From Balanoglossus misakiensis (lineage: Eukaryota > Animalia > Hemichordata): a stretch of DNA of 64,000 bases. The DNA is taken from assembly GCA_040954595.2 (NCBI GenBank), contig CM082589.2:7685186-7749185 (forward strand). The letters are read 5' to 3'. The notes under the pieces were generated by a model, which searched no databases, was not told the origin of the DNA, and was given only the letters and a program-made list of their open reading frames with translations. The position numbers and the translations under genes are program-made. Shown here one piece after another: positions 12,993-26,639 of the stretch (the stretch's first letter is position 1; every line of letters begins with the position of its first letter).

Positions 12993-13486
12993 GTATGTTT
13001 CTTAAAACTTACACTATTCGGTAGAGCTAGTCTCACGCGTGTGTGGAACTAGTGTTTGTCCACTAATGCCACGCTTCTTAAACCAGTCAGTACAATTTTG
13101 TACGCCGACAATGATTTTTTTTTTCAACTTTCACCATCTACTTGATACACAGCATTCGGTAAGGTTATTTTCATACGCGTATGTATGTACATACATTACA
13201 CATGTAATAACGAAATGTACCAAACACATATATATAGTGGAAAAATGCACTTTTCTGAGAGAGAAAAATAACAATTCGGACAATTTGATACATCTGTAAA
13301 GTCTCCTGTTCGACTTTTTCCCATCTGATTCATAATAGACACATAAATCCATACAACGGAACAGAAATTAATTTCTATTTTGAATGATTTGAATTTTCCT
13401 TACATTAATTGAAGCATGTCCAGATTATATCAGGTCATCGTCTTGATCGCAAAGACTGCGTTATCCATAACATTTCATCTCACATC

Positions 13487-14354
13487 ATGGCATTTCAGAC
13501 AATCATGATCACATCGCGATCCACAGCGATTTGGTTCTGCATGTTTGCACTACTTGTGGTGCAGATTACAGCAGCCAGCGCAAATAAGAGGAAGATCGAG
13601 GAAGAGCGAAGAATCCGTGCGCTGCGTCCGAGCTTCGTCAAACGTGAAACTCAAGCGCCACTGATTCATGCTGGAGATGAGAAGATAGAAGAGGAATACA
13701 TCGTAAAACTGAGGGTTAGTAGATGTTGTGGTGAACACATATTAATCGATTACAGAAAGTATGCCAGAGCCATGTGCTGTTCACAGCTGATCTATTCTTT
13801 CCAGACAACAGTTCCGTACGCCAGCGCGCTAAATGACACACTGTCTATGTCTATAGAACTGTCCCACGTCCACAAATATTGATCGACCGCCAAACCCATG
13901 CAAAATAGATCTGCAATTACTCAATTACTCGCAAATTATATACACGCTCAGAATATCGAAAATTATTTCCAAAATGCTCAATGATGATGTTTTCAGCTGT
14001 GTATCCAACATGAGGGACATAGAACTCAGGGCAACCGGTACTAATGATAAAAACATTCATAACTTTATCATTATCAGTCTTTTTTTAAACAAGTGGTACA
14101 CTCATTACATGATATGCATCCACTTCTCATAATCAATATACACTGTCATCTCATTTTATTCAGGACGACCTTACTGATGAAGAACTGGCCGCATTCGAAG
14201 CCAAATTCCAAGCACTTGCTGAAGAGCATGGCTTACATATTGATTTTCAAATAGATTTGACAAGTTTGATGAAAGGTTTTGTTGCCAGAGTTCCTGCGGA
14301 CGCAGTCGAAATAGTATGTGCGCATTTCGTTATTTTCAAAGCCTCTGGTCTGCC

Positions 14355-14393
<39 letters not shown>

Positions 14394-17300
14394 GTGTGTG
14401 TATGTGTGTATGTATGTATTACTGTATGTATTAATGTATTACTGTATGTATGTATGTATGTATGTATGTATGTATGTATGTATGTATGTATGTATGTATG
14501 TATGTATGTATGTATGTGTGTATGTATGTATGTATGAATGAATGAATGAATGCATGCATGTATTTTCGTTCCTTGTAGTAATTAGTATCATTCTGTTTTC
14601 ATTTAGCTGCGTTGGCTGGATGAGGTAGAGTTTGTTGAAGAAGACGAAGTTATCCATGGAAATGTAGAGTGGGGTTTGGACAGGATTGATCAGGCTGACT
14701 TGCCTTTGGATAATGTTTACTCATCAGCACCACTAGGTAAATCTGTACCTTTCTTGATATTAACCTTAAACTCATTTTTGAAATATTTGATGTCGGAATT
14801 GTTTTTTTTTTCTTCTAATATAATGATCGAGCTTCCTCAAGTAATATACCTAAAGTGCCCGGTAATCATTGACATTACGTACAACTCTTATTAAATCACT
14901 TATCACTTGAGAGTTTGACTTCATTTGTTGAGTGTATGTTTAACAAAATGGTTAATTTGACTACCGTTTATTCAATTACCTGAATTTTTTGTAAATCATG
15001 ATCGCAATATTTATTTATGTTTTATTTGAAGGGGACGGTAGTGGAGTGAATGTCTTTGTATTTGATACTGGCATACGTTTCTCACATAAAGAGTTTGGTG
15101 GAAGAGCACATTCCTTTTACGACTACTTTTCAGATGGAAAAAATGTGAGTAACAGTATATATAAGACGCCATTGTTTGAGAAGAATAGAATCAAAGGACA
15201 ATGTTTCCAAGGTTCTTCTGTCGTACTACGGATAGTGTGTTTGTTGTGAGAAAAACATTTCTATGACAAATTCACGTCTGAAATTGTTGCATGCACTGTG
15301 TTGTATATTTTGCCGAAAAAAGGGGTGAGTGTTACAATGAACACGACAGAAACCAATTTTATTTCGCCTGTTTTAAAACACTATCACCTTTGATCCTTGT
15401 TGCGTTTGGGAGACAATAAAAGAGCGATATTTTGGTTTTACGTTCTAATTCGAGATATATACAATGACAATATTTCTGGATATAATGCGTGTTTTTCAGG
15501 GGAAAGACTGTAATGGACATGGTACTCACTGTGCTGGTACTATTGGTGGGAGCACTGTTGGTGTTGCACCTGGTGTTACATTGTATTCGGGTCGTATTTT
15601 GAATTGCCAAGGAAAAGGGTCAGTCAGCAGTAGTGTTGCAGGTAAGACTGAGTCATCGTAATTAATTTTCAAGTTTTTAATTATTACATCAAAATTATTG
15701 ACAAAAATAAACATTTTAATTATCATTCTTTTAATTCAAGGTGAACGAAATATATTACGCGAAATCCGTACAAAATTGTCCCAAACTAAAACAAATCGCC
15801 TTCATAGAGGCGCACGACAGCTAGCTTCTCATGATTTATATTATACATCTGGCACCGAGAACAATAGAATTTTGCGTGCACTAAAAAAGCCGTACGGAAC
15901 GGTACGTACGGAACGTGTGTTAAATTACCCCTTAAGTTTCAGGGCGCCCTAACTCACCGTGTACAGGTATGCGCTGTCATGCGGACGGTTTCAAGGCACA
16001 CCCACTCCAACGCACGTAAACAAAAAAGAAAGATGGCTGCTCACTGAGTCAACTGAGCGGTTTTCGATCGATTGTATCGGCAACACAAGAATTAACGGAA
16101 ATGTAAGATGTATAATAATAAGGTTATTACGAAAATACCGCAAAGTATGCACGAGGAGATTAGCGCCCGGTTTCGCCCGACGCGTAGTGGAGGGCGTAGC
16201 TGCAATAATTGTAGCCCTGGTGGGTTGGTTGATTTCTGACAAGGGGGGCTTGATCGCTGACGGCCCACCTTGATCGCTGACCGATGACAGAAACTTGCCA
16301 CCCCCCAGCCGTAAAAACTGAACGGTCCCTAATGTCCGATTGCATACTTTGCGGTATTTTCGTAATAACCTCATATTATCCCTGCAGCTATGGATGCTGT
16401 TGCTGCTTCGAATAAAAAACCAGCAGTTGTCTCCATATCGCTTGGCGGTGATAAATCCACAACTGAGAATTTGGCAGTCAAACGTTTAACCGATGCTGGC
16501 TACATCGTGGTTGTGTCTGCTGGAAACAATAATAGAGACGCCTGTTTACAGTCACCTGCATCGGCTCCTGAGGTATTACATTTGAAGTATGATAAAAACA
16601 ATAAGAATATATTGAGGCATGAATCCAACAGAAAGGTGACATACGATCACCAAGAATATGCGTGCCATCTTAGAAATGAATAAAATGCAGGTGTTGACGC
16701 CCCTGTGTGTAACTGTATCTGTTTGTAGCTCAGCAAAGTCACCACTAAATCTTATGAGTTCTGATTTTGATTTGACCGTGAAGTATCCGTATAATGACGG
16801 TTTAAATACCAGTCGCTCCATTGTACATGTATTCGTTCCTGAAAATATCTTTTAACTTCCACTTTGTGTCGTACATGACCAGACCAAACCATAACCAACT
16901 GATAAAGTTAGCAACTGTTTCTGTATGTTACAGGCAATTACGGTGGGAGCTACTGACTCTGACGACAATTTAGCTTGGTATTCTAACTACGGCAGGTGTG
17001 TTAATATTCTGGCACCCGGAAGTGACGTCAGAAGTGCTTGGCACACTGGGGACGCCAGCTACACCACTATTAGTGGAACCTCGATGGCAACTCCTCACGT
17101 TGCTGGTAAGAGTGTCTTGATATACTCTGAGGTCTTCATGTATTCTGAGGGCACGCTCTAAGAAATATATGTAAATCATAATTAACACAATGATGAACGG
17201 ATCAAATAAACTCATGATGATGTGATTTAATTTACTTTAATCAAATGCGGTAATCTCAGAATTGCAAACGGGCAAACTTGGAACATTATTTCAGTGGTTT

Positions 17301-19568
17301 GCGGTTACATGAATCTGTTGTAATAAGGGACATTTTTTTATTTTGCATTTTTTTTGTTTCTCTGGCCGCCGTAGTGTAGAAGAATGACGTCATAGGTCTT
17401 GCATGATTTTCGCAATTTTCATAAATTTTGTATATTTGACATTGTTTATTTCTACTTCCGGTTTAGGAAGCTCTAAAATGTTTAGGGTCGGCGGGTTAAA
17501 ATTAGGGTAGGTCGGGTAATCGGCACAGCACATATTTTTTTGGCCTTATAATCTTCTGCCAATCCCGATTCAAGGAAATTAAATGTCTTCTGGCGTTCCT
17601 GTAATATTCTCTCTGTTTCCTCTCAAGGTGTTGCTGCCCTGCTGCTTGAACAGGACTCGTCTCTCACACAAACGACGATGTTAAACAAATTGTTGGAAAC
17701 CGCCCAAACAGGAAAAATTGACCTGTCCCGCCTGTCTGATAGTTCATCAACACCGAATAAACTCCTGAATATTCCCAGTGAGTTGACACACAATTTGTTT
17801 CATCAAAAATCAGTCACCACCAGGAAGTATGCATCATTCCTGCTCCTTAAAACTACCACCACCACCACCACAACAACAACAACAACAAACAAACAAACAA
17901 ACAAGCAAAACATTCCTTCCCACACTTCTGTTCATCGAAAATCAGTCCCAAGCTCTACAGGTTAGTGTATAACCAGACCTTAATGAGGCCAAGCGAAACG
18001 CAACATTTTAGATTTGTTTGCATTTGACATGATTCAGACTAAATTGTGGATGTGAACACATACCGTGTTTGGGGACTTAGGCCTAAGTGGAAGTGGTACA
18101 AGTCTTTAGTTACAAGAATCTGACACAATGTTGAAATTGAATATGTAGCCAAAACAGATGCTAACTAATGACAGTAATGACGGAAAGTGAACACAATTAA
18201 ATGGTTTTACACTATTATTTTTTTTCTGCCAAACTACGTACAGTCGCAGCAGCGTTCCATGTTGAAGGTGCCGGTGGAAGGTACACCTTGGACTTCTTCG
18301 AGGCCGTGAGTGCGTGCAGTTCTATCAATGCACGCTTGGCAAGCTACGATGAACTGGTAGAAGCCTGGGAACAAGGTCTGGAAGAGTGTCGCGTTGGCTG
18401 GTTGGTTGGTCGACGTGCTGCATACCCCATGCAAAGAAAGGACGGTGACTGTGGAAACAGAATAGGAGTCATTGATTGGGGATTCAAATCCCCAGGCGAT
18501 CAGTATGACGTGTACTGTTATCCAGAAGGTGGGTAATGTCGCACGCTTGCATTTCACATTCAGTGTCTTTGTTATGGATTGAGTGTCGTTTTGACATGTA
18601 TGAAAAAGAGCGTTAGCTGAACCAGTTAACTTAATGACATTCACTGCATTAATATGCCCGATAACTGGAGATTTAAGTGTTTTACAAAAGAAGTGTTAAC
18701 GACGTAAATGACCTATTTCCTTGTCTTAGATGGTCAACAATATGCAACAACTTTGAAGGGACAAATGCGTTTTGATCTTTGGTGAAATTTATTTGAAAAC
18801 AATACAAGAAGTTTCTATTTTAGCAACAAATTTCAGAAAGATAGAGAGACAGAGACAGAGAGAAAGACAGCAGAGAGAGACAGAAACGGAGAGAGAGACA
18901 GAGACACAGAGAGAGAGAGAGAAATAGACAAGAGACAGAGAGAGATTGCTTGGACATAAACCACATGAGTCAAAATGACATTCAACCATAACTGACGAAG
19001 TTGCATTCAACCAAAAATATTCAAATTTATTTCCATGTTCTGATATCATTTACAGCCTTGAATTTCCTCCGTTAGTGTGCAAAATAGAATGCTTTTAAAG
19101 CACTTATATACGTGTGGTTTTATTTTCCAGTAATAAAAGTGTTCCACGTTGTTGGCGCCGGTGGTCGATACTCATTGAACTATGACTCTGCTAGGACTGC
19201 GTGCACAAATAACCAAGGACGCATAGCAACGTACGATGAATTGGTAGAAGCTTGGGGCCAAGGTCTTGAAGAGTGTCTGGCTGGATGGTTAGAAGGTGGA
19301 CGTGTTGCATACCCCATGCAAAGAGTGAACAGTGACTGCGGAGGCAAAATAGGAGTCATTGATTGGGGATTCAGACGTACAAGCGACCAGTATGATGTGT
19401 ACTGTTATTCAGGAGGTAAGAAGAAATGTAAAATTGATAACATTCACACTACATTTTCAATGTTTTGGCCTGTTTGTGAATGAATGAGTTGTCAAACATT
19501 TACCAGAACAAGATAGCATACATCTTAGCATCGTTACATTCAAGCAATTTATATTTCGGTTAGATTAA
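13487..19568 (+). CDS. Subtilase-Link-Link gene copy B: secreted proteinase K/aqualysin-like S8 serine protease with I9 prodomain and two Link modules, ~614 aa. Exons 13487-13714, 14164-14313, 14607-14736, 15032-15144, 15500-15641, 16388-16572, 16934-17105, 17628-17777, 18244-18528, 19131-19415, 19564-19568
   Basis: Signal peptide ([19 protein letters not shown]), I9-like prodomain (EEYIVKL..KGF....VEFVEED) and mature N-terminus [14 protein letters not shown]. Catalytic [10 protein letters not shown] and [11 protein letters not shown], with oxyanion AGN. All introns are GT-AG with compatible phases, and the first ten coding exons match copy C in length. Confidence 0.9.
15845..16379. mobile_element. 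Insertion in the intron between the His-motif and SLGG exons of protease copy B, with an internal 31-bp inverted repeat (16121-16151 / 16341-16371)
   Basis: Absent from copy C and flanked by ATATTAT at 15838-15844 and 16373-16379. AGGTTATTACGAAAATACCGCAAAGTATGCA occurs with its perfect reverse complement. Confidence 0.7.
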
Positions 19569-20260
19569 CAGTAGAGATGGCGAATGTGATGATGGTGGAC
19601 CCAATTCGATATACAGCCTGTGCGATTATGGAACCGACTGTGATGACTGTGGACCCCGCCCTCCACTGTGAATCAGCCTTCACTGAAACTCACAAGGGAA
19701 GATGGACGTCATTCGCGGTAACACTGCGGTGCATGCATGAAAAAAATGACAATAGATTAGGATTTTCATCTTTCTCTGTAGTATGACAGTATACGACATT
19801 TGAATTAGGCTACCCTCTTGGGTAGCTATCGTTGCTATTGGTATTATCTTTTGGGAATAAACATATTGGTTATTGCATTGATATGTTGTCATGGCATTAA
19901 TATACTTATTTCTTTCGTCAAAAGTTACAAACTTACGTGTACATATACTTCTCAACGTCACAAAAACGTATGATGAAATTGATAAAAAAAAAAAAACTTA
20001 TCCAATATTATATGTACATGTACAATACTATTAAATCTGAAGATGTTGATGCCCAAGCTATAAATATGCAAGATGTGCATATATATTTCCAATTTTTCTT
20101 AACACTGAGTCAATAAAGTCTGATATAATTTGAAAATATATGAAATGAAGTACTACGAATGTAGTTGGCCTTTTCATGGCCATAATAAAATGACATTTGT
20201 GAAGGAAACATCTCACACGACAGTACAGGAAAACATCAGTGTCTCACGAGATATAATCGT

Positions 20261-20380
<120 letters not shown>

Positions 20381-21672
20381 GCGTGTGCGTGTGTACGTGT
20401 GTCAGACCTCGTCGCTTCCCCAGTGCAAAGTGCGCCCCTGGCGATAGGACATGAGCAACGAGTACAAATGATATGCAGTGCTGGCGAAGTAAATGTCTAT
20501 CAATCTGATTAAAATCATATGTAGGGTTGGCTCGATGTTTTCCTTTGCTGATCTTTGGTTATTCAGTTCTAGGTGTTGACTCAGCGAAATATAAGGTTGA
20601 CCACCAAAGTGGCGTCAAATGGTCACCTGAGGGCATGTTTCTTTCAAGAAAATTATTGCTGGATGACTTCTTTTCAGCTGAAAATATTTAGCTAAATATA
20701 TCCCGGCCGATGAGAAATTGTGTCTATAATATAGCAGCTCGGTACGTTATTTAACCACGTACAAGACAAAACTTTTGTTTTAAAAAGCAGATACTGTCTA
20801 AACCAGCGATTGCATATTAAACCGCCATTCACTATGCATACTCAGATGATACTGTATAGTGGTACCAGAAATCACCTAAAGAAATAGTTATTCAGGAGAG
20901 ACTTGGTTAACTGATGATACGTTTGTTACATTGGTTACTTTGAGACAACGCAATATGTTTTTTTAGAATGTACGTTGATCTAAAGTTATCCTCTATTGCT
21001 GTGCAGATCATATGTGGTACTGAAGTCCCATTATAAACCACCACATCATTAGTTTCTTTTTGCCTAGTACTTGTAATTGCAATATTATAAGAATTCTGCA
21101 TGTCTATCTTGTAATACTGTCTCCCACATTTGTACCAATGTAAGGAAACATATTGGAGTCGTTCTCATCTATTTTGCCAATAATATTGATCGCACCTGAT
21201 GACAAATGAATTTACTCCTCTGCGGTGATAATTCTCCTGTCTAATTTCAGATTGTAACAAAACTGGATCAGGGAAGCAGACTAAATTTTTTTATTCACTA
21301 TTAAACTTAGATGTGCACTTTCATTGAATGTTTTGACTAATTAAGTACAATTGACAGGCTTAAGCTTTTTATAATGATTTTAGAATCTTGCTTGGCATAA
21401 GATGGCATATATTTATTATTCATTCAGTACACAACTTGCACTATCTGTATTCCTAAAACTCTGGTAAACAATCATATCATAACTTTGGCAAGTAAACAAC
21501 TCACCATATAGATTTTAGATTTTATTGTAGACTGAATGAAAGTTTTAATACCCTGATCAGTTTTACCTGCTACCAATACTGATTTTATGTCTTGAGGGGT
21601 AATTTGGGGAATCTTTGGGCATGACAACGCATGTTATATTCCACTGTCTGTGGAATGTAAAATGAAAGAACC

Positions 21673-22262
21673 GTGTAACTGCCAGACACCCATGAAGAAT
21701 CAAATCTCGGACATGGCCTGACCGAGTCAGTCATATACTAAGCCATGGTTTAAACACAGGACAACAAACCAGACCAAACGTATGTCGGACTCACTACTGG
21801 TACATACCTTCAAGACCGGCTTCAACAACCACAAAGACTACTTCAAGAACCACGCCAAAAACAACAGCACAGAACTTAGTAAATATATCTGGAAATTAAA
21901 AGATGACAACATAGGACACAAAATCACATGAAAACCCATTAAACAAGCTAGCCCCTACACACCTTACATTAGCAATAGATTCAATCTATGCCTTTGGGAG
22001 AAATATTTTATCAAAAGCAAAACGAAACAGGCCACCCTCAATAAACTCGTCAGCTAGCACGTCGCCACTCCAGCAAATTCCTCCTAAGGAATTTCATAAC
22101 CTAGCCGATTAATGCTACCCGCCCAGCTCCAATCATTATTCAATGCCTTTCAAAATTAGCATACCTATAATCTATGCCTTTTATGAGTCACTGGACTCGC
22201 TCATCAGCAGATTAAACTGGTTAGTGAGTCCAATGACTAATGAAACAACATTGTAGACAATT
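21673..22262 (+). mobile_element. Duplicate of the Penelope-like GIY-YIG relic
   Basis: Homolog of 3403-3990; retains STELSKYIWKLKDDN in frame. Confidence 0.75.
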
Positions 22263-25200
22263 GTACCGCCTATCGTTTTGCTAGCTACCCTTACTTTATA
22301 TAGAACGAGTCATCCTTGGTTTGCTTTGTTGGCCCTGCATCATGTGTGGTGTATGCAAGAACTCGGTAAGAAATCCAGTTGGCTAGTATTAATAGTACAG
22401 TAAAACATTATCTTTTCAAATCTATACATCTGGCGAGCGACCTATCTCTTGATAATCAATCATTCTGACGATATCCGTTTCTATTTGTATCTCTGATTCC
22501 CTACCTACCTACCTATCTATGTCTGTCTGTCAGTCTGCCTGCCTACCTACCTGTCGTCTGTCTCTGACTCAGGGAGAGTGATTGACAAAAGAGAGGGGAA
22601 GGGGGAGGGAAGGGGAGAAAGAGAGTGAGAGCTGTTCTTTGGATATTGCGCCAACAGGAAGATGTACAGATTGACAAACACATATTGTACTACTATTATA
22701 GTAATACAGAATGAAAAGCATGGACAAAAGTATAGATATATAAAAGTATAAAATGTGAAGGGTTCAGAAACTAGTGTAAATCCTGATGAAGGTTAGCCCC
22801 TTAATAGTACAGGCTACTTCCTGTGCTCATCATTTATGTTGGCATGGGAATTAAGACCCTTTTAACTTTTCTATTTTTATACTTTAAGTTTGTTATCAGC
22901 TTTTCTATGATTTTCCAACAAAATACCCCTGTTATGGATTGCTGCATTGCAACCATGGAGGAATGAAGCATACTGTTGCAAATGCTTTGAAGGTCATGAA
23001 AGTCCTGCTTCAATATTGGGATAAAATCATGAGACATTCTGAACTCATCTGCAGACTGTTGATACTCGATTGTGCTGTTTTGGCCTTTGTTTCGCATGTA
23101 ACTGTGTTGTGCCTGCATAGCCAGTTGAAACAAAAAAGGAATGAGTAGTTGCTGACAGTCCACCACGCTGCAACTGTAAAATAAAGAAAAAAACAAAAAA
23201 ATTAACGTCAAGATGTACCAGTAATTTCTACAAAATACAGCTACCAAGTATGGTGCAATGTACATGACTACATGTACATGTTGTAATTTTAAGCCGAATT
23301 GTCCAACAATGATTTTCAGTAAGTTAATGATTTACTCTAAACCCAATGTGAAATGTAGTACTTCTTACGTAGTCATGCTTACCAGGATAATTAAAAAGAG
23401 TGTTGATAAAAGTAACCATGAACATTATAAAAGTAAAACTTACAAAAGTTATGAATGTAAACAAACTCGGGACAATGAATGTAAATATCAAGCATTAAAC
23501 ATGTATCAGGTGACAAAAAAGTGACAAAGTGGCTCTCGTGTTTACATTCATCGTCGCCATGTTGGTTTGAGTTCATAACTTCGTTTTCTGAAGATGTTTC
23601 GTTAAGAAAATGACACTGATATGCCACAAAAAGTGTTTCCTAAAGTTTCTTTTTACCACAATTCACCACATTGTAAACAAAAAATATATGATATAATTAT
23701 GAAAGTGAGAAATTGAGACGGAAAAAGTTCTCTCTAAATTATTGTTTGGAAAAAGTAAATTTCTTCACTTAAAACAATTTGAAACAATAGACATAAACAA
23801 ACTTCAACATTAGTTTAATATTCTTGATCTACATGAATACTAACAGAACACAAATTTTTAAGTAACTATAAGTACATTTAATTTTGTACTATCAAGAGTG
23901 AATTTATTATATTTTTCTAAATGATATAAATTACATTGTTTGTTCCATACAATTTTTCAGTGGAATTAAATATTGCTGTTAAATTGTTCATCTCGTAATG
24001 TTAAACATGTTCTTTTATGTCAATATAAAAGGTTACTTTTGACACTTTTGACTTTATGCACTTGTATTCTTGATTGTACATATTGTCAATTCATGACCAT
24101 GGCCTATTAAAAATTTATCATATTGAGATTATCATATTTCAATAGGAAATAGCCCGTTCAAAAATTCTAACTCCTTAATGATTTAATTAATGCATTTGCG
24201 TTTGGGAACTATGTATTTTTATTTCAATTTTATTATTATATCCCAAACACCACCAAAACTCAGTTTATTGAACAACAAACTTTTAACAAAACAATATTCG
24301 AAAGATGTGAGCTGTTTGTTTAAGTATGGGCATGACACAGATGACACAAAAACTCCAAACTACATGCGTGTATCATCGAAATCGAGTTTTATGCAGGTGT
24401 AAATACCGTGATTTATAGCATTGTGCTATATCCCAGTATGCACATGTTCTTAGTGCATCACATCAATGGGGTCTGTCATCACATCCACATGCATTTAATA
24501 AAATAGTGTTACACTAAATATGAGTACAAACCTGCTAACTCGACGCTTGCCAATACGGAACATGCATGGAAATCATATCGCAGTTAGGAAGAACGAAAAC
24601 ACCAAATGCAGACATTTCATTTAGCTAGTCTGGTCCCCTGCCCCAATCCCACCGCTGGCTGCGCTACGCTAAAGGGAAAGGGGTCAGGTACGGCCCGATT
24701 TCAAACCCAGAAAGCTGGGAAAACCACGTGATCATAAACAAGATAGATGCCTCCACTGTCCGTACGCCAGTCAAGATTCATCCAGGCAGTTTATTTTGTT
24801 TCGTTTGTTGTAAAGAAATCGAATGATAAACATTCGTGGAGGTGAAGGAGAGAACGGGAAACGAGTATCTTACAACAACTTATCAACTTAATTTTCGTAT
24901 GTATTGACCAATGAGAGCCTTGTTTACAATAGGCCGTGTCTGACCCTTTCCCTTTAGCGTAGCGCAGCCAGCGGTGGGATTGGGGCAGGGGACCAGACTA
25001 TTCATTTAGCGTGCCTCTTGCCACACACTAGTCTCGGTTACCCAGACGCCTTTGCTCTTCCGATGCTCTCCAGAAAAGGGTCTGGGGAAATGCTATTGAA
25101 AGCTTTGTAAAACAAAATGGCCGATGTCAGGATTTTGATCATCGCCTGATTGGCTGAGCTGTCAGCATGACCCGGGTCACTGCAATAGTTTCGACAATCG

Positions 25201-26330
25201 TCTACCAAAGATATTTCATATAATTTCTCCAACAATGCTAACAGAGGACGCATTTTGCCTTTCGCATCAACCAACAAGTACCGGTCTCTTGATATGAAGA
25301 TACGACAAATAATCACACATTGTCGAGAGTCAGTGACCCGGGTCATACTGACAGCTCAGCCAATCAGGCGATGATCAAAATCCTGACATCGGCCATTTTG
25401 TTTTACAAAGCTTTCAATAGCATTTCCCCAGACCCTTTTCTGGAGAGCATCGGAAGAGCAAAGGCGTCTGGGTAACCGAGACTAGCCACACACCTGAACG
25501 TGTGCTTAAATTAGCGCCCTCTTGTGGTAGATATTTCGATGATAAAAAGATGTATTTTATAATTTCCGACATAAATTAACCATATTATGGGTGCCAAAAA
25601 TATAATAAATAACAGTTAAAGAGTTTCATCACGTGTATACGTCTTTTGGCGTAGTTATTTTCACGCTACATACTAAAACTGCGAGGGTCGATCGTAAATG
25701 CTTAACTACTTTCAGTCTCTCGAACCCGAATCCGAAACTGAATCCGAAACTGAAACCGACACTAACTTCAGTATTCGGGTTCGAGAGACTGAAAGTAGTT
25801 TAGCATTTTCGGGCGACCATCGCGTTTTGGCATCTGCAGAACGAGTATGAAAATAACTCTGTAAAAATATGAATATATTTGATTAAACTCTCTCGACATG
25901 TTATGTATGATATTTTTGGCACCAACACACTGTTTTTTCACATCGGAAATTGTTAAATACATATTTTATCATCGAAAAACATACTTCGATGATAAAAAAT
26001 ATAATATTTTGTAATTTTCGGCTTGAATTAACATTTTTGGGGTGAGAAAAATGTCATACATAACAAATACAGATTAAATCAAATTTATTCGTGTTTTAGC
26101 AAAGTAATTTTTATACTCGTACTGCAGATGCCAAACCGCGATGGTCGCTCGAAAATGCTTAACTATTTTCAGTCTCTCCGAACCGAATCCGAATCCGAAA
26201 GTGAATCCGAAACCGAAACCGAATCCGAGTCTTACTTCAGACCAACACTAAAGCATGATACAAGTTTGCTGCAGTTTTGCAGCCCCTCCGTCTCCCCTGG
26301 ACTGCAAAACTGCAGCAAGATACAAGTTAC

Positions 26331-26419
<89 letters not shown>

Positions 26420-26639
26420 AAAAAAAAATAAAAAAAATCATGATGATGATGATGATGATAAAAAAAAATAAAAAAATCAATGTGTCATATCTTGCTATAT
26501 TTGTCGATGTTGTAGATAACTGTAAAACGTTTAAATTTCTTATTATTATCATCATCAACAACAACAACATTTCCTAAGCTCTCTATGTTGATGGTAAAGA
26601 ATACAGCTCTACACCCAGTTTGAAGCATATGTTAATCAC

